From assembly GCF_963921235.1 (NCBI RefSeq), contig NC_086097.1, forward strand, positions 232,812,001-232,876,000: 64,000 nucleotides of DNA, written 5' to 3'. The notes below the pieces were generated by a model. The model did not search any database and was not told the DNA's origin. It saw nothing but the letters and a program-made list of their open reading frames with translations. Origin of the DNA: Mobula hypostoma. Taxonomy: Eukaryota. Positions within the stretch are counted from its first letter, which is position 1, and each line of letters begins with the position of its first letter. Made by a program: the position numbers and the translations under genes. Of the stretch, positions 11,871 to 23,957 are shown in pieces.

Positions 11871-12749
11871 TTGTCATTCAGACACTGTCTAAACTCCAGA
11901 ATTTTAATCATTAGCACTTCAGACACCACATCTTAGCATCCTCCTCTCATTCTCTCAGATACCAGAGGAGAGCTGGTTATTTAAGATAATGGCGTTATTT
12001 ATAAAATGTACTGCTGATAGCAATTCTGAATAACTTTCAGCTGGGAATTGGATCTCAGAATAGAAAATAGATACATAATAGATACATTTACCCATTCCTG
12101 CCTGTGGCCATCAAACTTTACAACTCCTCCCTTGGAGGGTCAGACATCCTGAGCCAATAGGCTGGTCCTGGACATTTCCTGGCATAATTTACGTATTACT
12201 ATTTAACTATTTATGGTTTTATTACTATTTATTATTTATGGTGCAACTGTAACGAAAACCAATTTCCCCTGGGATCAATAGAGTATGACTATGACTATAA
12301 AAGAGGAAAAGAACAGAAAAGGCTCACATATAAATCTCCAATTCTGTCTATTTTCTACCTTTATACACCCTTTATCTTTTTCTCCTTCGTTTGGAAGGTT
12401 CTTAACACTTACCACATTAGCAATATGTATAATTATGTAATTTGTACTTCAGTGGCTGGTTGTCAAATTTTGCCAGATAAGCATTTTAGAACTTGTTATA
12501 AAGCACAATGAAAGTGAAAGATCTTGTTGTACTATCTTATGATTTGATGAAGTCAATGTGAATGCTCATAATGAGTCATGGCTTCAGCAATTTTATGAAA
12601 TTTGTTACAAACAATAAGGTAGAATTTATGAATAGCCTTTTCCTTATTCCAAAAGTGAAAGAATGAAAAAAGAACACGATGCATTGCATAATCAAATCCC
12701 TGGATTTGTTAAGATATTTGTTGCAGCGTGTTTTCTATATTGGATTTCA

Positions 12750-14090
12750 TATAGAAGGGAGATTGAAAAGCTGGTTGAATGGAGGCACAACAACAACTCT
12801 CACTCAATGTTAGCAAAATCAAAAAGCTGATTGCTGACTACAGGAGGAAGAAACTGGGGATCCACAAGCCAGTTTTCATTAGGGATTGGACATGGTGAGG
12901 GTCGGTAACTTTTAATTCCTCAGCATTATCATTTCAGAGGATCTGTCTGGGACCAGCTCATTACAACGAAGGCACGGCAGCACTTCTGCTTTCTAAGACG
13001 TTCGTGCATGTCATCTGAAATTTTGACAAACTTATATATATGCACAGTGGAAAGTATCCTGACTGGTTGAATCATCGCCTGGTGTGGATGAGTCAATTTC
13101 CAAGAATGGAAAATATACCAGAAATGGTGGACACAGCCCAATGCATCACAGGAAAAGCCCTCTCCAGCATTGAGAATACCTACAAGGAGCACTGCCACAA
13201 GAAAGCAACATCCATCGTGGAGGATCCTCACCATCCAAGCCATGCTCTCTTCTCACTGCTGTCATCAGGAAGGAGATACAGAAGCCCTAGGTCCCACACC
13301 ACCACGTTCCGGGATAGTTATTACACTTCAGCCATCAGGCTCCTGAGCCAGAGGGGATAACTTCACTCACCTCAACTCTGAACTGGTTCCATAACCCAAG
13401 GGCTCACTTTCAAGGACTCTACAGTTCATGTTCTCAGTATTATTTATTTACTTATTTTATTTTTTTTGTATTTGCACTGTTTGTCTTCATTTGTACTTTG
13501 GTCGTTTGTCAGCCTTTGTGTGTAGTTTTTATTCCATTGTCTTTCTTTGTTCTTATGTGAATGCCTGCAAGGAAAACAAGGATAAAGTATTGAGGTTTTA
13601 TAAGGCACTGGTGAGGCCTCACTTGGAATATTATGAGCTGTTTTGGGCCCTTTAGCTTAGAAAAGAAGTGCTGACATTGAACTTTGAAAGGCCTCGATAG
13701 AGTGACTTTGGAGAGGATGTTTCCTATGGTAGGAAGTCTAAGAACAGAGGGATGGCCATTTAGAATGGAGATGTGGAGGAATTTCTTTTAGCTACAGAAT
13801 AGTGAATCTGTAGAATTCCTTGCCACAGGTGGCTGTAGAGACCAAGTCTTTGGATATATTTAAGGCAGAGGTTGATAAATTCTTGATTGGTCAGGACATA
13901 AAGGGATATTGCGGGAAGGCAGGAGACCTGGACTGAGAGGGAAATGGATCAGCCATGATGAAATGGCAGAGCAGATTCGATGGGCCAAATGGCGTAATTC
14001 TGTTCCTATATCTTGTAGTCTATGCAAATAAATCTCAGGGTAGTATGTGGTAATGCATGTACTTGGGTAATAAATTTACTTCGGACTTTA
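12750..14090 (+). mobile_element. Rex1/Babar 3' fragment with nested CR1 fragment (about 13575-14020)
   Basis: DPHHPSHALFSLLSSGRRYRS, then CR1 LRFYKALVRPHLEY inside the Rex1 3' UTR, which resumes at aatctcagggtagtatg. Confidence 0.8.
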
Positions 14091-14721
14091 ATGCTTACGA
14101 GATTATATTTCCTTTTGCAATTTTGATTCTTGATTGCCTTATTCTTTTCGTGAGCTCTTTATTTCTCAGCCTATAGAGCTGGCCCCGGTGAAGATGCCCC
14201 ACATCCATTGACGTTGACCATGAGAAAAATAACCCAGAGTGAGAGCCGTAGACTCCAGGATCACACTGATACTTATCTCTAAAAACTGGCCATGTAACCT
14301 GCTGGTACACGTAATCTTTTGATTCCACGTAGATGCACATAAGATCTGAGTCCAGCGTAGAGAACAACCATTTCCAAGGTTCAGACGAAAAGCTGACATA
14401 TTGACACAGAATTTCTACCTTTCTGGCTGCCTTATCTGATCCACATGAGCAGCTGCTCTGTTTTTACTTATACAGGTTAAGTATCCCCTCAGAGAAAACT
14501 TCTACACAGTGTTTTTGCTGTAGGAAAATGCCACATGGTACTTTATTAGATCAGACGATATTATCAATCAAAATTTTAACATCAACTTATACAAATTACA
14601 GGGAGAAGGTAGGAGGTTGGGGTTGAAGGGAACAATAAATCAGCCAGGATAGAATAGCAGAGCAGACTCGATGGGCCGAATGGCACAATTCTGCACCTAT
14701 GTCTTATTGTCATACGGTCTA

Positions 14722-15117
14722 CTTACTTACTGCCCATTCCGCTGCTGGAATTTAGGGCAAAAATGAAGGTCCTCCATCTCTGGTGGCGTTCAGGATTTCC
14801 TTTATTATATCAACAGCTTCCTCTCAGTTTTCACGACTGCCAGCCATGCAAATCCTGAATGGAGACTCAGGAATACCGTCGCATTCAGATGAAGGAGGGA
14901 TTTTCATTGCTGTTTCCATAGCAATTTTGTTTTACCAGTCAGGGTTGTTAGCCCTGAGCAGAATCCTCAAACCTGGAGGACCGGTGGACCGCCCTTTGAC
15001 CTGTGTGATATGGGTGACCCTACCAAGAGCCAAAGCATCGAGCTCTGACTCCAGCTGGCATAGCTCTCCAGGTCATTGAAACACACAAGCCTCCAAATCA
15101 CAACAATGATGTGGTCC
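14722..15117 (-). mobile_element. Non-autonomous RTE-type repeat
   Basis: (TAAG)n tail on the minus strand; TSD catacggtcta (14711-14721) and catatggtcta (15118-15128). Confidence 0.6.
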
Positions 15118-15185
15118 CATATGGTCTAAAGTGGGATTAAATCAGAAGTTAAAAGCTTGGTTAAAGGCTTATTTATCAGAGCCTG

Positions 15186-15308
15186 CCGCAGGGTCTCAGC
15201 CCGAAACATCGACTGTACTCTTTTCCATGGATGCTGCCTGGCCTGCTGAGCTCCTCCAGCATTTTGTGTGTGTTGCTCAGGTTTCCAGCATCTGCAGATT
15301 TTCTCTTG
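15186..15308 (+). mobile_element. Short Penelope-derived insertion
   Basis: Perfect 14-bp TSD tttatcagagcctg (15172-15185 and 15309-15322); body matches the pLTR end at 50471-50600. Confidence 0.85.
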
Positions 15309-16561
15309 TTTATCAGAGCCTGTTAACTTTTTATTCATTCGTACCTCAGTGTCCATCTATGACTGTCAGTGCTTCAGGTCTCCGTTTTCACCAAGAAATT
15401 ATCAGTATTGCAGTGTTTGAGAGTAGCAAATGAGCCAGGAGGAGAATCATCGACATCCTTCATGACACGTGAGGACTCCTGACTGAAACAACTGTAGTTC
15501 AGGGCATTTGGAGAAAGGCAACACTTGCTTTGTATGCAGATTCTGTGACCCACAGGATCTCAGGGGAATGATGATAAAGCACAATGGTCAGGTCAGAGCT
15601 AGTAAAATATAGGAATCCTCGTGCCTTTTCTTTCCTCCACGTGCTGTCTTGTAAAACAGCATTCATGCACACCAGACCACTTAGCTTAATGCACTCAGAC
15701 ACTCAATGCTTTCTAAACACATATCTGCACAGTTCAATTAACACAATTTTAGCAAGACCTACTCTCAAGTGTTCTGCCTCAAGTTGGCAAGACTATAATA
15801 TCATCTGAAACACAATAGAAAATTCCCAGCATGACCTCCATTCTCTCCCGAGGACAGGTTGACGTCAGAGGAAGGACGAACATTGATAGAAACAGACCTA
15901 CCATCAAAACAGAACCACCCATGAAGAAAAGATCATCAACCACGATCTCAGATTTATTTATCATGTGTACATGGAAGCATACAGTGAAATGAGTAGTTTG
16001 TGTTAGCAACCAACACTCCTAAGGATGCGCTGAGGAGTTTGCAAGTGTCGCCACACATTCTGGCACCAACATAGCATGTTCAAAAGGCTTGGCAGACAAC
16101 ACAGAACACAAAATAAACAGAACACAACAAATATTGGTCCTCGGTCTCCAGGCTTTGGCCTTCAGGCCTCAACTTTCAGACTTTCAATCAAAGTTCGAGC
16201 TTCGATCTTTGGTATCAACTCCAGACTAGTTGATGACAGGACGCTAAATCCCAAGCTCAAACTTCGGGCCAGCTCTTGCGCACTTGCTTGCATGAGCACC
16301 CAATCCTGATGCCCACTGACCTGGGACAGCCCAGCAACCACAGATACCCTTGAATCACCCATCCATGTCGTTGGCCTTTGAGCATGGATCAGAGGCCTAG
16401 ACTCCAGATGCCCTTTGCCCCATGTGATGAAGCCGTACTGTAGTGGCTGGAGCAAAGGCCAAGGTTGAGAGTATTATGGCACTCCCAGGCGTGTGCTTAT
16501 TATACCTTTGTGCCAGCCCTTTGAATCCAATATAGAGCTCCTGCCTTCCATCCCTCTAGGA

Positions 16562-16641
16562 TAGGGGTTCCCAACCCGTTTTATGTCGTGGACCAATACC
16601 GTTAAGCAAGCGGTCCGTGCAGTTCAGGTTGAGAACCCCTG
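16562..16641. mobile_element. 80-bp hAT (Charlie-like) MITE
   Basis: TIRs taggggttcccaacc and ggttgagaacccctg; degenerate 8-bp TSD ctctagga / cttcagaa. Confidence 0.7.
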
Positions 16642-16744
16642 CTTCAGAAGAAGATGACATTCTCAGGGGGATGTGCACATCCATTCCAACCTTATGCTAA
16701 TGACTCACAACCAGCTGAGGAAGAGATGAAGCAAAAGGAGCTGG

Positions 16745-17090
16745 AATCTGAATCAGATTTGAATGCACTAGCAGACAGTATGTCATGAAATGTCTTGTTT
16801 TGTAGCAGCAGTACAGTGTAATACATCATAAAAACACCAGAAATTGCAATAAGAAATATATATAAATTATTAAATGGGTAGTGCAAAAAGAAGGGAAAAT
16901 TAGGGAGGTAGTGTACATTGGTTCATTTTCCATTCAGAAATCTGGTGGTGGAGGAAAAAATCAGAGTGAGTGTTTTTAGGCTCCTGTACCACCTCCTTGA
17001 TGGTAGCAATGAGAAGAAGGCATATCCTGGGTGATGGGTGTCCTTAATGCTGGATACCACCTTCTTGAGGTATCAACTTTTGAAGATTAG
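16745..17090 (-). mobile_element. Rex1/Babar 3' fragment
   Basis: Minus strand encodes a KDTHHPGYAFFSLLPSRRWYRSL-type C-terminus plus the UTR shared with 46145-46500. Confidence 0.7.
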
Positions 17091-17175
17091 GAAGAAACCC
17101 AGCAGCTTTACTTTTTCAAAGTTTCCATGAAAGGTGGGTGGATTTGGATTTTTGTAATGGATCCCATGATAGTTT

Positions 17176-17557
17176 AAAACACATTACAGCCAATGAAGTA
17201 CTTTTGGAGTAAGTTACTGTTACCATTTGGGAGACACAGCAGCAATTTTACATACATGAAACAACAAGTTAATAATAATCAGGAAATGAGTTTCAATAAT
17301 CTCATTTGAAGGATAAATATTGGCTGCCGTGCTGACAATAGTTCCATCTCTTGTTCAGAATAGAGCTGTGGAATGTATTAAACAGGGTCTCAATTTAATT
17401 ACTAATCAGAAGATTAGTATCTTGGACAAAACATTATTACCATATTTCTTCACTATATTTTAAGCCTGAAAATGTTCATCAGTTTCTACTATGGGACTTG
17501 AACATGTCAGAGTCTGACTGAGAGGTGAGGCACCGTTAACTGAACCAGAGGTGGCAC
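17176..17557 (-). mobile_element. Ancient Deu-domain SINE (SacSINE1/AmnSINE1-related)
   Basis: Ordered motifs ttacagccaatgaagtactttt, ggataaatattggc, gggtctcaatttaa, tgggacttgaac and tctgactgagaggtgag match the reverse-complement DeuSINE layout as I recall it. Confidence 0.7.
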
Positions 17558-17879
17558 TCCAAGTCAGAGACTTAGGTTTTCATCTGTAATTATTGGTCTT
17601 CGGAGATCTCCTGATGAGACACCTTTGTAGGAACTTCTTTGTAAGCTTTTCAGACGTTACTTTGATTTCATAGCCTTTTATATGGCACAGGTCTACGTCT
17701 CTTCCATAAGTGTACTTGCTGTTTGAAACTTTCAAATTCTGACTCGTTCCCAGAATCGGCTTAGCCACCTGAGCCACAGTTATCAGAGTTTAGACTTGTA
17801 CAATACTATTCCTGGTACAAGGTATCTCTAAATCGTCTGTGCCTCTATTCCTGTGTCAGGAATAGTGCGTGAGTGTGCA

Positions 17880-18266
17880 TATAAGAACACAAAACATAAG
17901 GGAAGTATTGGGACATCGAATCTGCTCTGTCATTCCATATAGCTGATTTACTTTCCTCTTCAACCCATTTTCCTGCCTTCTTCCTATAACCTTTGACACC
18001 CTTAATGGTCAAGAACCCATCAATCTCCGCTTTAAGTATACCCAATGGCTTGGCCTGAATAAACATTTGTTGCAATGAATTTCACAGATTCAACACCCTC
18101 TGTTTAAAGAAATTCCTCCACATCTCTTCTAAAGGGACGTCCTTCTATTCTGAGCCTGTGCCCTCTGGACAGGGACACCCCACTATAGGAAACATCCTCT
18201 CTTATCAATATTTCCTTTCAATAATCAATACGTTTAACCTTTCAGTGTTTGATTCACTGAGATTCC
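17880..18266 (-). mobile_element. CR1 3' fragment split by the long CR1; continues at 22571-22690
   Basis: ctgagattcc at the left junction resumes as ttcctcattctgttaaagtccag, colinear with other minus CR1 copies. Confidence 0.75.
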
Positions 18267-18580
18267 ACTGAGATTGTACGTGGCCTATCAGCAGCGTCAA
18301 CAGAACTTTACCAAGAGGGATTTCTCGCAGGTCAGCTGCAGTTATTTAAAAAGGGAGCTTCGAGAGCATTTGTCCAATGTACGTGGCCTATCAGCGGCTA
18401 TAGCAAAGCACCAACCATGAGTTAGATAGCAGGGAAGGTTCAGACATAAAAGGGAGCAATCATCACAGGAGCAGTCATTGATGGAGTGATCTGAGGCAGA
18501 GCGGTGGGGCTTTGGCGTGGTAAGTGGGTAAACGGACTTCGTCTTTCTTTCTCTCAATTTTTTAGAGAGGAATAAAGAGA

Positions 18581-19515
18581 ATGTCTGTAAGGTTAGTACT
18601 TTGCTCTGGGTGTCAGGTGTGGGAATCCTGGGAATCTTCCAGTCTCCCAGGTGGCTCCATCTGTGCCAGGTGCACTGAGATGCAGCTCCTGAGAGACTGT
18701 GTTAGAGATCTGGAGCTGTGGCTTGATGACCTACAGCTTATTAGGTAAAGTGAGCAGGAGATAGATAGGAGCTACGAGGAGTTTGTCACCCCGAGGCTGC
18801 AGGAGTTGGATAAGTGGGTGACTGTCAGGGAAGGGATGGGAAGAGCTCAGATTGTAGAGAGCACCCCTGTGGCCACCCCCCTCAGTAATCGTTATCTCGT
18901 TTTGGATGCTGTTGAGGGGGATGACCTGACAGAGGACGACCAGGGTGATCAGGTCTCTGGCACTGAGCCTGGTTCCGTCGTGCGGAAGGGAAAGAGGAAG
19001 ATGAGGAATGGGGTAGTCATAGGGGATTCCATAGCGAGGGGAGCAGACAGGAGGTTTTGTCAGCCTGATAGAGATACCCGCATGGTGTGTTGCCTCCCAG
19101 GTGCCAGGGTACAGGATGTCTCGGATTGGCTGCAGAGTATTCTGAATGGGAGAGTGAACAGCAAGAAGTCTTGGTACACTTTGGTACTAATGACATAGGT
19201 AGGAAAAGAGAGGAGGTCCTGAAGAGAGAATTCAGGGAGTTGGGTAGGAAGCTGAAAAGCAGGACCACCAGGGTAGTAATCTCAGGATTGCTGCCTGTGC
19301 CACGCGCTAACGAGCACAAGAATAGCATGGTCAGGCATATTAATACATGGTTGAGAGCCTGGTGTAGGGGGCAGGGCTTCAGGTTCCTGGATCATTGGGG
19401 CATCTTCTGGGGGAGGAACGACCTGTACAAAAAGGACGGGTTACATCTGAACCCAAACAGGTCCAATATCCTAGCAGGCAGGTTTAATAGAGCTGTTAGG
19501 GAGGGCTTAAACTAA
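18581..19515 (+). pseudogene. CR1 ORF1: zinc finger/leucine zipper plus SGNH esterase, disrupted
   Basis: CSGC..CARC, VVIGDSIARG, HFGTNDIG and DGLHLN; one stop and one frameshift. Confidence 0.88.
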
Positions 19516-19694
19516 TTTGGCAGGGGGATGGGAACCAGAGTGATAGGGCTGAGGCAGGGGAAAAGCGAAATAAATCAAAGATAGCATGCAACAGAGATGA
19601 TAGAAAGGACAGGCAGGAGTTGAAGCATAATCACAGCCAGTGGGATGAGCTACAGGACAGTAGAGGTGTGGTGCAGTTAAAACAGAAAGCAACA

Positions 19695-22469
19695 AATACT
19701 GGACTAAAAGTGTTGTTTTTGAATGCATGCCGCATAAGAAATAAAATGGACGATCTTGAAACGCAGCTACAGATTGGCAAGTATGATGTTGTGGCCATCT
19801 CTGAAACTTGGCTAAAGGATGGCTGCCATTGGGAGCTGAATGTCCAAGGATATATGGTGTATTGGAAAGATAGGTAGGTAGGCAGAGGGGGCGGTGTGGC
19901 CCTGCGTATAAGAAATAATATTAAATCGTTAGAAAGGAATGACATAGGATTGGAAGGTGTAGAGTCTCTATGGGTTGAGTTAAGAAATGGCAAGGGTAAA
20001 AGGACCCTAATGGCAGTTGTATACAGGCCTCCAAACAGCAGCTGGGATGTGGATTACAAATTACAGCTGAGAAAGTAAAGGTGTGTCAGAGGGGCAATGT
20101 CATGATAATCGTTGGGGATTTTAACATGAAAGTAGATTGGGAAAACCAGGCCAGTACTGGACCTCAAGAGAGAGAATTTGTAGAATGTCTAAGGGATGGC
20201 TTTTTAGAACAGCTTGTTGTTGAGCCCACTAGGGTATTGGTTGTGCTGGATTGGGTGTTGTACAATGATCTGGAGGTGATAAGAAAGCTTAAGGTTAAGG
20301 AACCATTAGGGAACAGTGAACACAATATGATCGAGTTCACTTTGAAATTTGAGAAGGAGAGACTAAATTCAAATGTGTTGGTATTTCAGTGGAATAAAGG
20401 AAATTACAATGGCATGAGAGGGGAAATGGCCAAGGTTGACTGGAAAGGGACACTAGCAGGAAGGACAGCAGAGCAGCAATGGCTGGATTTTCTGCAAAAA
20501 AATGAGGGAAGTGCAAGACAGATATATTCCAAATAAGAAGAAATTTTTGAATGGAAGAAGGTCACTACCGTGACTGACAAGTGAAGTCAAACCCAAAGTA
20601 AAAGCAAAAGAGAGGGCATACAAGGAAGCCAAAGCTAGTGGGAAGACAGAGGATTGGGAAGCTTTTAAAAACTAGCAGAAGGAAACTAAGAAGGTCATTC
20701 GGAAGGAAAAGATAAACTACGAGAGGAAGCTGGCAACTAATATCAAAGAAGATACTAAAAGCTTTTTTAAGTATATAAAGGGTAAAAGAGAGTTGAGGGT
20801 AGATATAGGACCAATACAAAATGATGCTGGAGATATTGTAATGAGAGGTGCAGAGATGGCAGAGGAATTGAATGCGTATTTTGCATCAGTCTTCACAGTG
20901 GAAGACATCTGCAGTATACTGGATATTTAAGGGTGTCAGGGAAGTGAAGTATGTACAGTGAAAATTACGACTGAGAAGGTGCTTAATGGTCTGAGGGTGG
21001 ATAAATCTCCTGGACCTGAAGGAATGCACCCTTGGGTTCTGAAGGAAGTAGCTGGAGAGATTGCAGAGGCATTAACAATGATCTTTTGATTCTGGCATTG
21101 TACTAGATGACTGTAAAATTGCAAATGTTACTTTGCTATTTAAGAAGAGCGGGAGGCAGCAGAAAGGAAACTATAGACCTGTTAGCTTGACACCAGTGGT
21201 TGAGAAGTTGTTGGAATTGATTGTTAGGGATGAGATTATGGAATACCTGGAGGCACATGAAAAGATAGGCCAAAGTCAGCATGGTTTCCTGAAAGGAAAA
21301 TCCTGCCTCACTAACCAATTCTTTGGGGAAATTACAAGCAGGGTAGACACAGGAGATGTAGTAGATGTAGTGTACTTGGATTTTCAGAAGGCCTTTGACA
21401 GGTGCCGCACATGAGGCTGCTTAGCAAGATAACAGCCCATGGAATTACAGAGAAGTTACTAGTATGGGTGGAGCATTGACTGATTGGCAGAAAACAGGGA
21501 GTGGAAATAAAGGGATCCTATTCTGGCTTGCTGCCAGTTATCAATGGATTTCCACAGGGGTTGGTGTTGGGACCGCTGCTTTTTTTGATGTATGTCAATG
21601 ATTTGGACTATGGGATTAATGGATTTGTGGCTAAATTTGCTGATGATACAAAGATAGGTGGAGGAGCGGGGAGTGTTGAGGAAACAGAGAGCCTGCAGAG
21701 AGACTTAGATAATTTAGGGGAATGGGCAAAGAAGTGGCAAATGAAACACAATGTTGGAAAGTGTATGGTTATGCACTTTGTTGGAAGAAGTAAATGGGCA
21801 GACTATTATTTAGATGGGGAGAGAATTCAAAATGCAGAGATGCAAAAGGACTTGGGAGTCCTTGTGCAGGATACCCTAAAGGTTAACCTCCAGGTTGAGT
21901 TGGTTGTGAAGAGGGTGAATGCAATGTTGGCATTCATTTCTAGAAGTATACAATACAAGAGCAGGGATGTGATGTTGAGGCTCTATACAGCACTTGTGAG
22001 ACCACACTTGGAGTATTGTGTGCAGTTTTGGGCTCCTTATTTTAGAAAAGATATACTGACATGGGAGAGGATTCAGAGAAGATTCATGAGAATGATTCCA
22101 GGAATGAAAGGGTTACTGTATGAGGAACGTCTGGCAGCTCTTGGGCAGTATTCCCTGGAGTTCAGGAGGATGAGGGGGGATTTCATAGAAACATTCCGAA
22201 TGTTAAAAGGCCTGAATAGGTTAGACATAGCAAAGTTATTTCCCATGGTAGGGGAGTCTAGGACAAGGGGGCATGACTTCAGGATTGAAGGACGTCCTTT
22301 TATAACAGAGATGCGGAGAACTTACTTTAGACAGAGGGTGGTAAATCTGTGGAATTTGTTGCCACGAGCGGCTGTGGAGGCCAAGTCATTGGGTGTATTT
22401 AAGGCAGAGATAGATATGTTCTTGATTAGCCAGGGAATTAAGGGGTATGGGGAGAAGACAGGGGAGTAG
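19695..22469 (+). pseudogene. CR1 ORF2: APE endonuclease plus reverse transcriptase, disrupted
   Basis: AISETWL, VYRPPN, GDFN, YLDFQKAFD, GFPQGLVLGPLLF and KFADDTK; several stops and frameshifts. Confidence 0.93.
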
Positions 22470-22692
22470 TGATGACTGGAAGAATTGGATCAGTCCAGAA
22501 TTGAATGGTGGAGCAGACTCAATGAGCTGAATGGCCCACTTCTGCTCCTTTATCTTATGGTCATATGGTCCTTCCTCATTCTGTTAAAGTCCAGTAGTAC
22601 AGGTCCAGAGCATCAAATGCTCCTCATAAGTTAATCCTTTCATTCCTAGGATCATTCTCGTGAACCTCCTTTGGGCCCTTTCCAATGCTTGG

Positions 22693-22693
<1 letters not shown>

Positions 22694-22734
<41 letters not shown>
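22694..22734. repeat. (GT)n microsatellite, about 20 units
   Basis: Seen directly. Confidence 0.98.
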
Positions 22735-22736
<2 letters not shown>

Positions 22737-22940
22737 GGGTTGGTTTGCTGGGAAACACAGTGCTGTAAAATTGCCTCAGAAAATTACTACAGCTATGCTC
22801 CCATACTCACACTGATCAAATGTTCAAATGTCAGCGTGATTACTGCAAACCGAGCCTTCAGTTTCATACAGACCAAGACTCTTCTGTTGTTTCCAGTTCT
22901 TCCACTTCACTCTTTCCTCTCTCCTTCACTGTTTACTCAC

Positions 22941-23019
22941 CACTTTGCACTGTGGAAAATTGTGATAAGGACCTTTGTTTTAAGGAATGCACTCTCGCCT
23001 CCCTAAATGCGGCGGTCAC
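22941..23019 (-). CDS. Candidate 79-nt internal coding exon of an unidentified host gene (VTAAFREARVHSLKQRSLSQFSTVQS)
   Basis: Acceptor tttacctcccattacAG, consensus donor G|GTGAGT, one open frame (phase 0 in, phase 1 out), non-repetitive context. Confidence 0.55.
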
Positions 23020-23957
23020 CTGTAATGGGAGGTAAACCATTTTGAAGGATATAATAATTAAAAAAAAGCAGAATCTTTGTATGTTCAGTGGTGAGAGACT
23101 GGGCAGTGTTGTACAAGAGTACTCTCATACACAAGTCACTGAGAACCAACATGCAGGTATAGTAAGAGAATAAGAGGGCAAATGAAATGTTAGTCTTTAC
23201 AATATAAAGATTTGATCACAGAAGTAAAGAAATCTAATGGGAATTTTTGAAAGCTTTGGCAGTGTACTGTGTAAATTTGTCTCCTTATCTAAGAAAATGT
23301 GTACTTACCAGAGACGGAATGTAGCAAAAATTAACCAAATTGGTTTCAGCACAGGGGTAGGTGGTCATCTGAAGCGAGATGGTGCCAGTTGGGCCTGCAA
23401 TGTCTAAGTTGTGTTGTAGTGTGAGGAAGTCCGACTGAAACAAACAAAATTCTGATAGGGGTTGATAGGCTAGAAGCAAAGAACATATAATAGAGAAGAG
23501 TTCAGCCCAGTCCATATCCATCGGCCCATGATGTGGTGCTAACCTTTAACCTGCTCTAAGAACAACCTAGCCCTTCCCTCCTACAGACTCCCCCCCCCCC
23601 CATTTTCCTTTCATCCATGGGTTGCTCAAATGCCCCTAATGTATCTGCCAGAAGATGCTTCAGCCTGGAAGTTCTAAGGCAAGGGGCCAAGAGATTTGAC
23701 ACTAAGGTGAGGGTAAGTTTCTTCACTTGTGGTGGTGAACTTGTAGGGTTTCTTACCGCAGAGCTCTGTACAGACCAAGTGGCTGAATATATTTGAAGAT
23801 GAAAGGCGGACTGAGGGCTCAGCGGAATCTGGGATCCAGGATTTGATTGAATGGAAGAGCGGGCTTGATGCATAGAACGGCCTATCCCTGCTTCTCTTTT
23901 CTATGTTTCTACCAATTTCTCCTCCTACAGCATCGAATGGAGAAGTTTCAAATTGCC

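Larger units (their letters stand above)
18267..22570 (+). mobile_element. Near full-length CR1 LINE (5' UTR, ORF1, ORF2, 3' tail), inactivated
   Basis: Both ORFs present in order; tail cttatggtcatatggtc. Confidence 0.92.

Noticed and set aside
14095..14400. Overlapping 77-90 aa ORFs in unique sequence
   Set aside because: No convincing splice sites or motifs; lengths are within chance expectation.
15360..15720. Faint L1-endonuclease-like peptide KASVAFLQ on the minus strand
   Set aside because: Too degenerate to call without a profile search.
21501..22469. 322-aa ORF as a host gene
   Set aside because: It is the 3' part of a disrupted CR1 ORF2.
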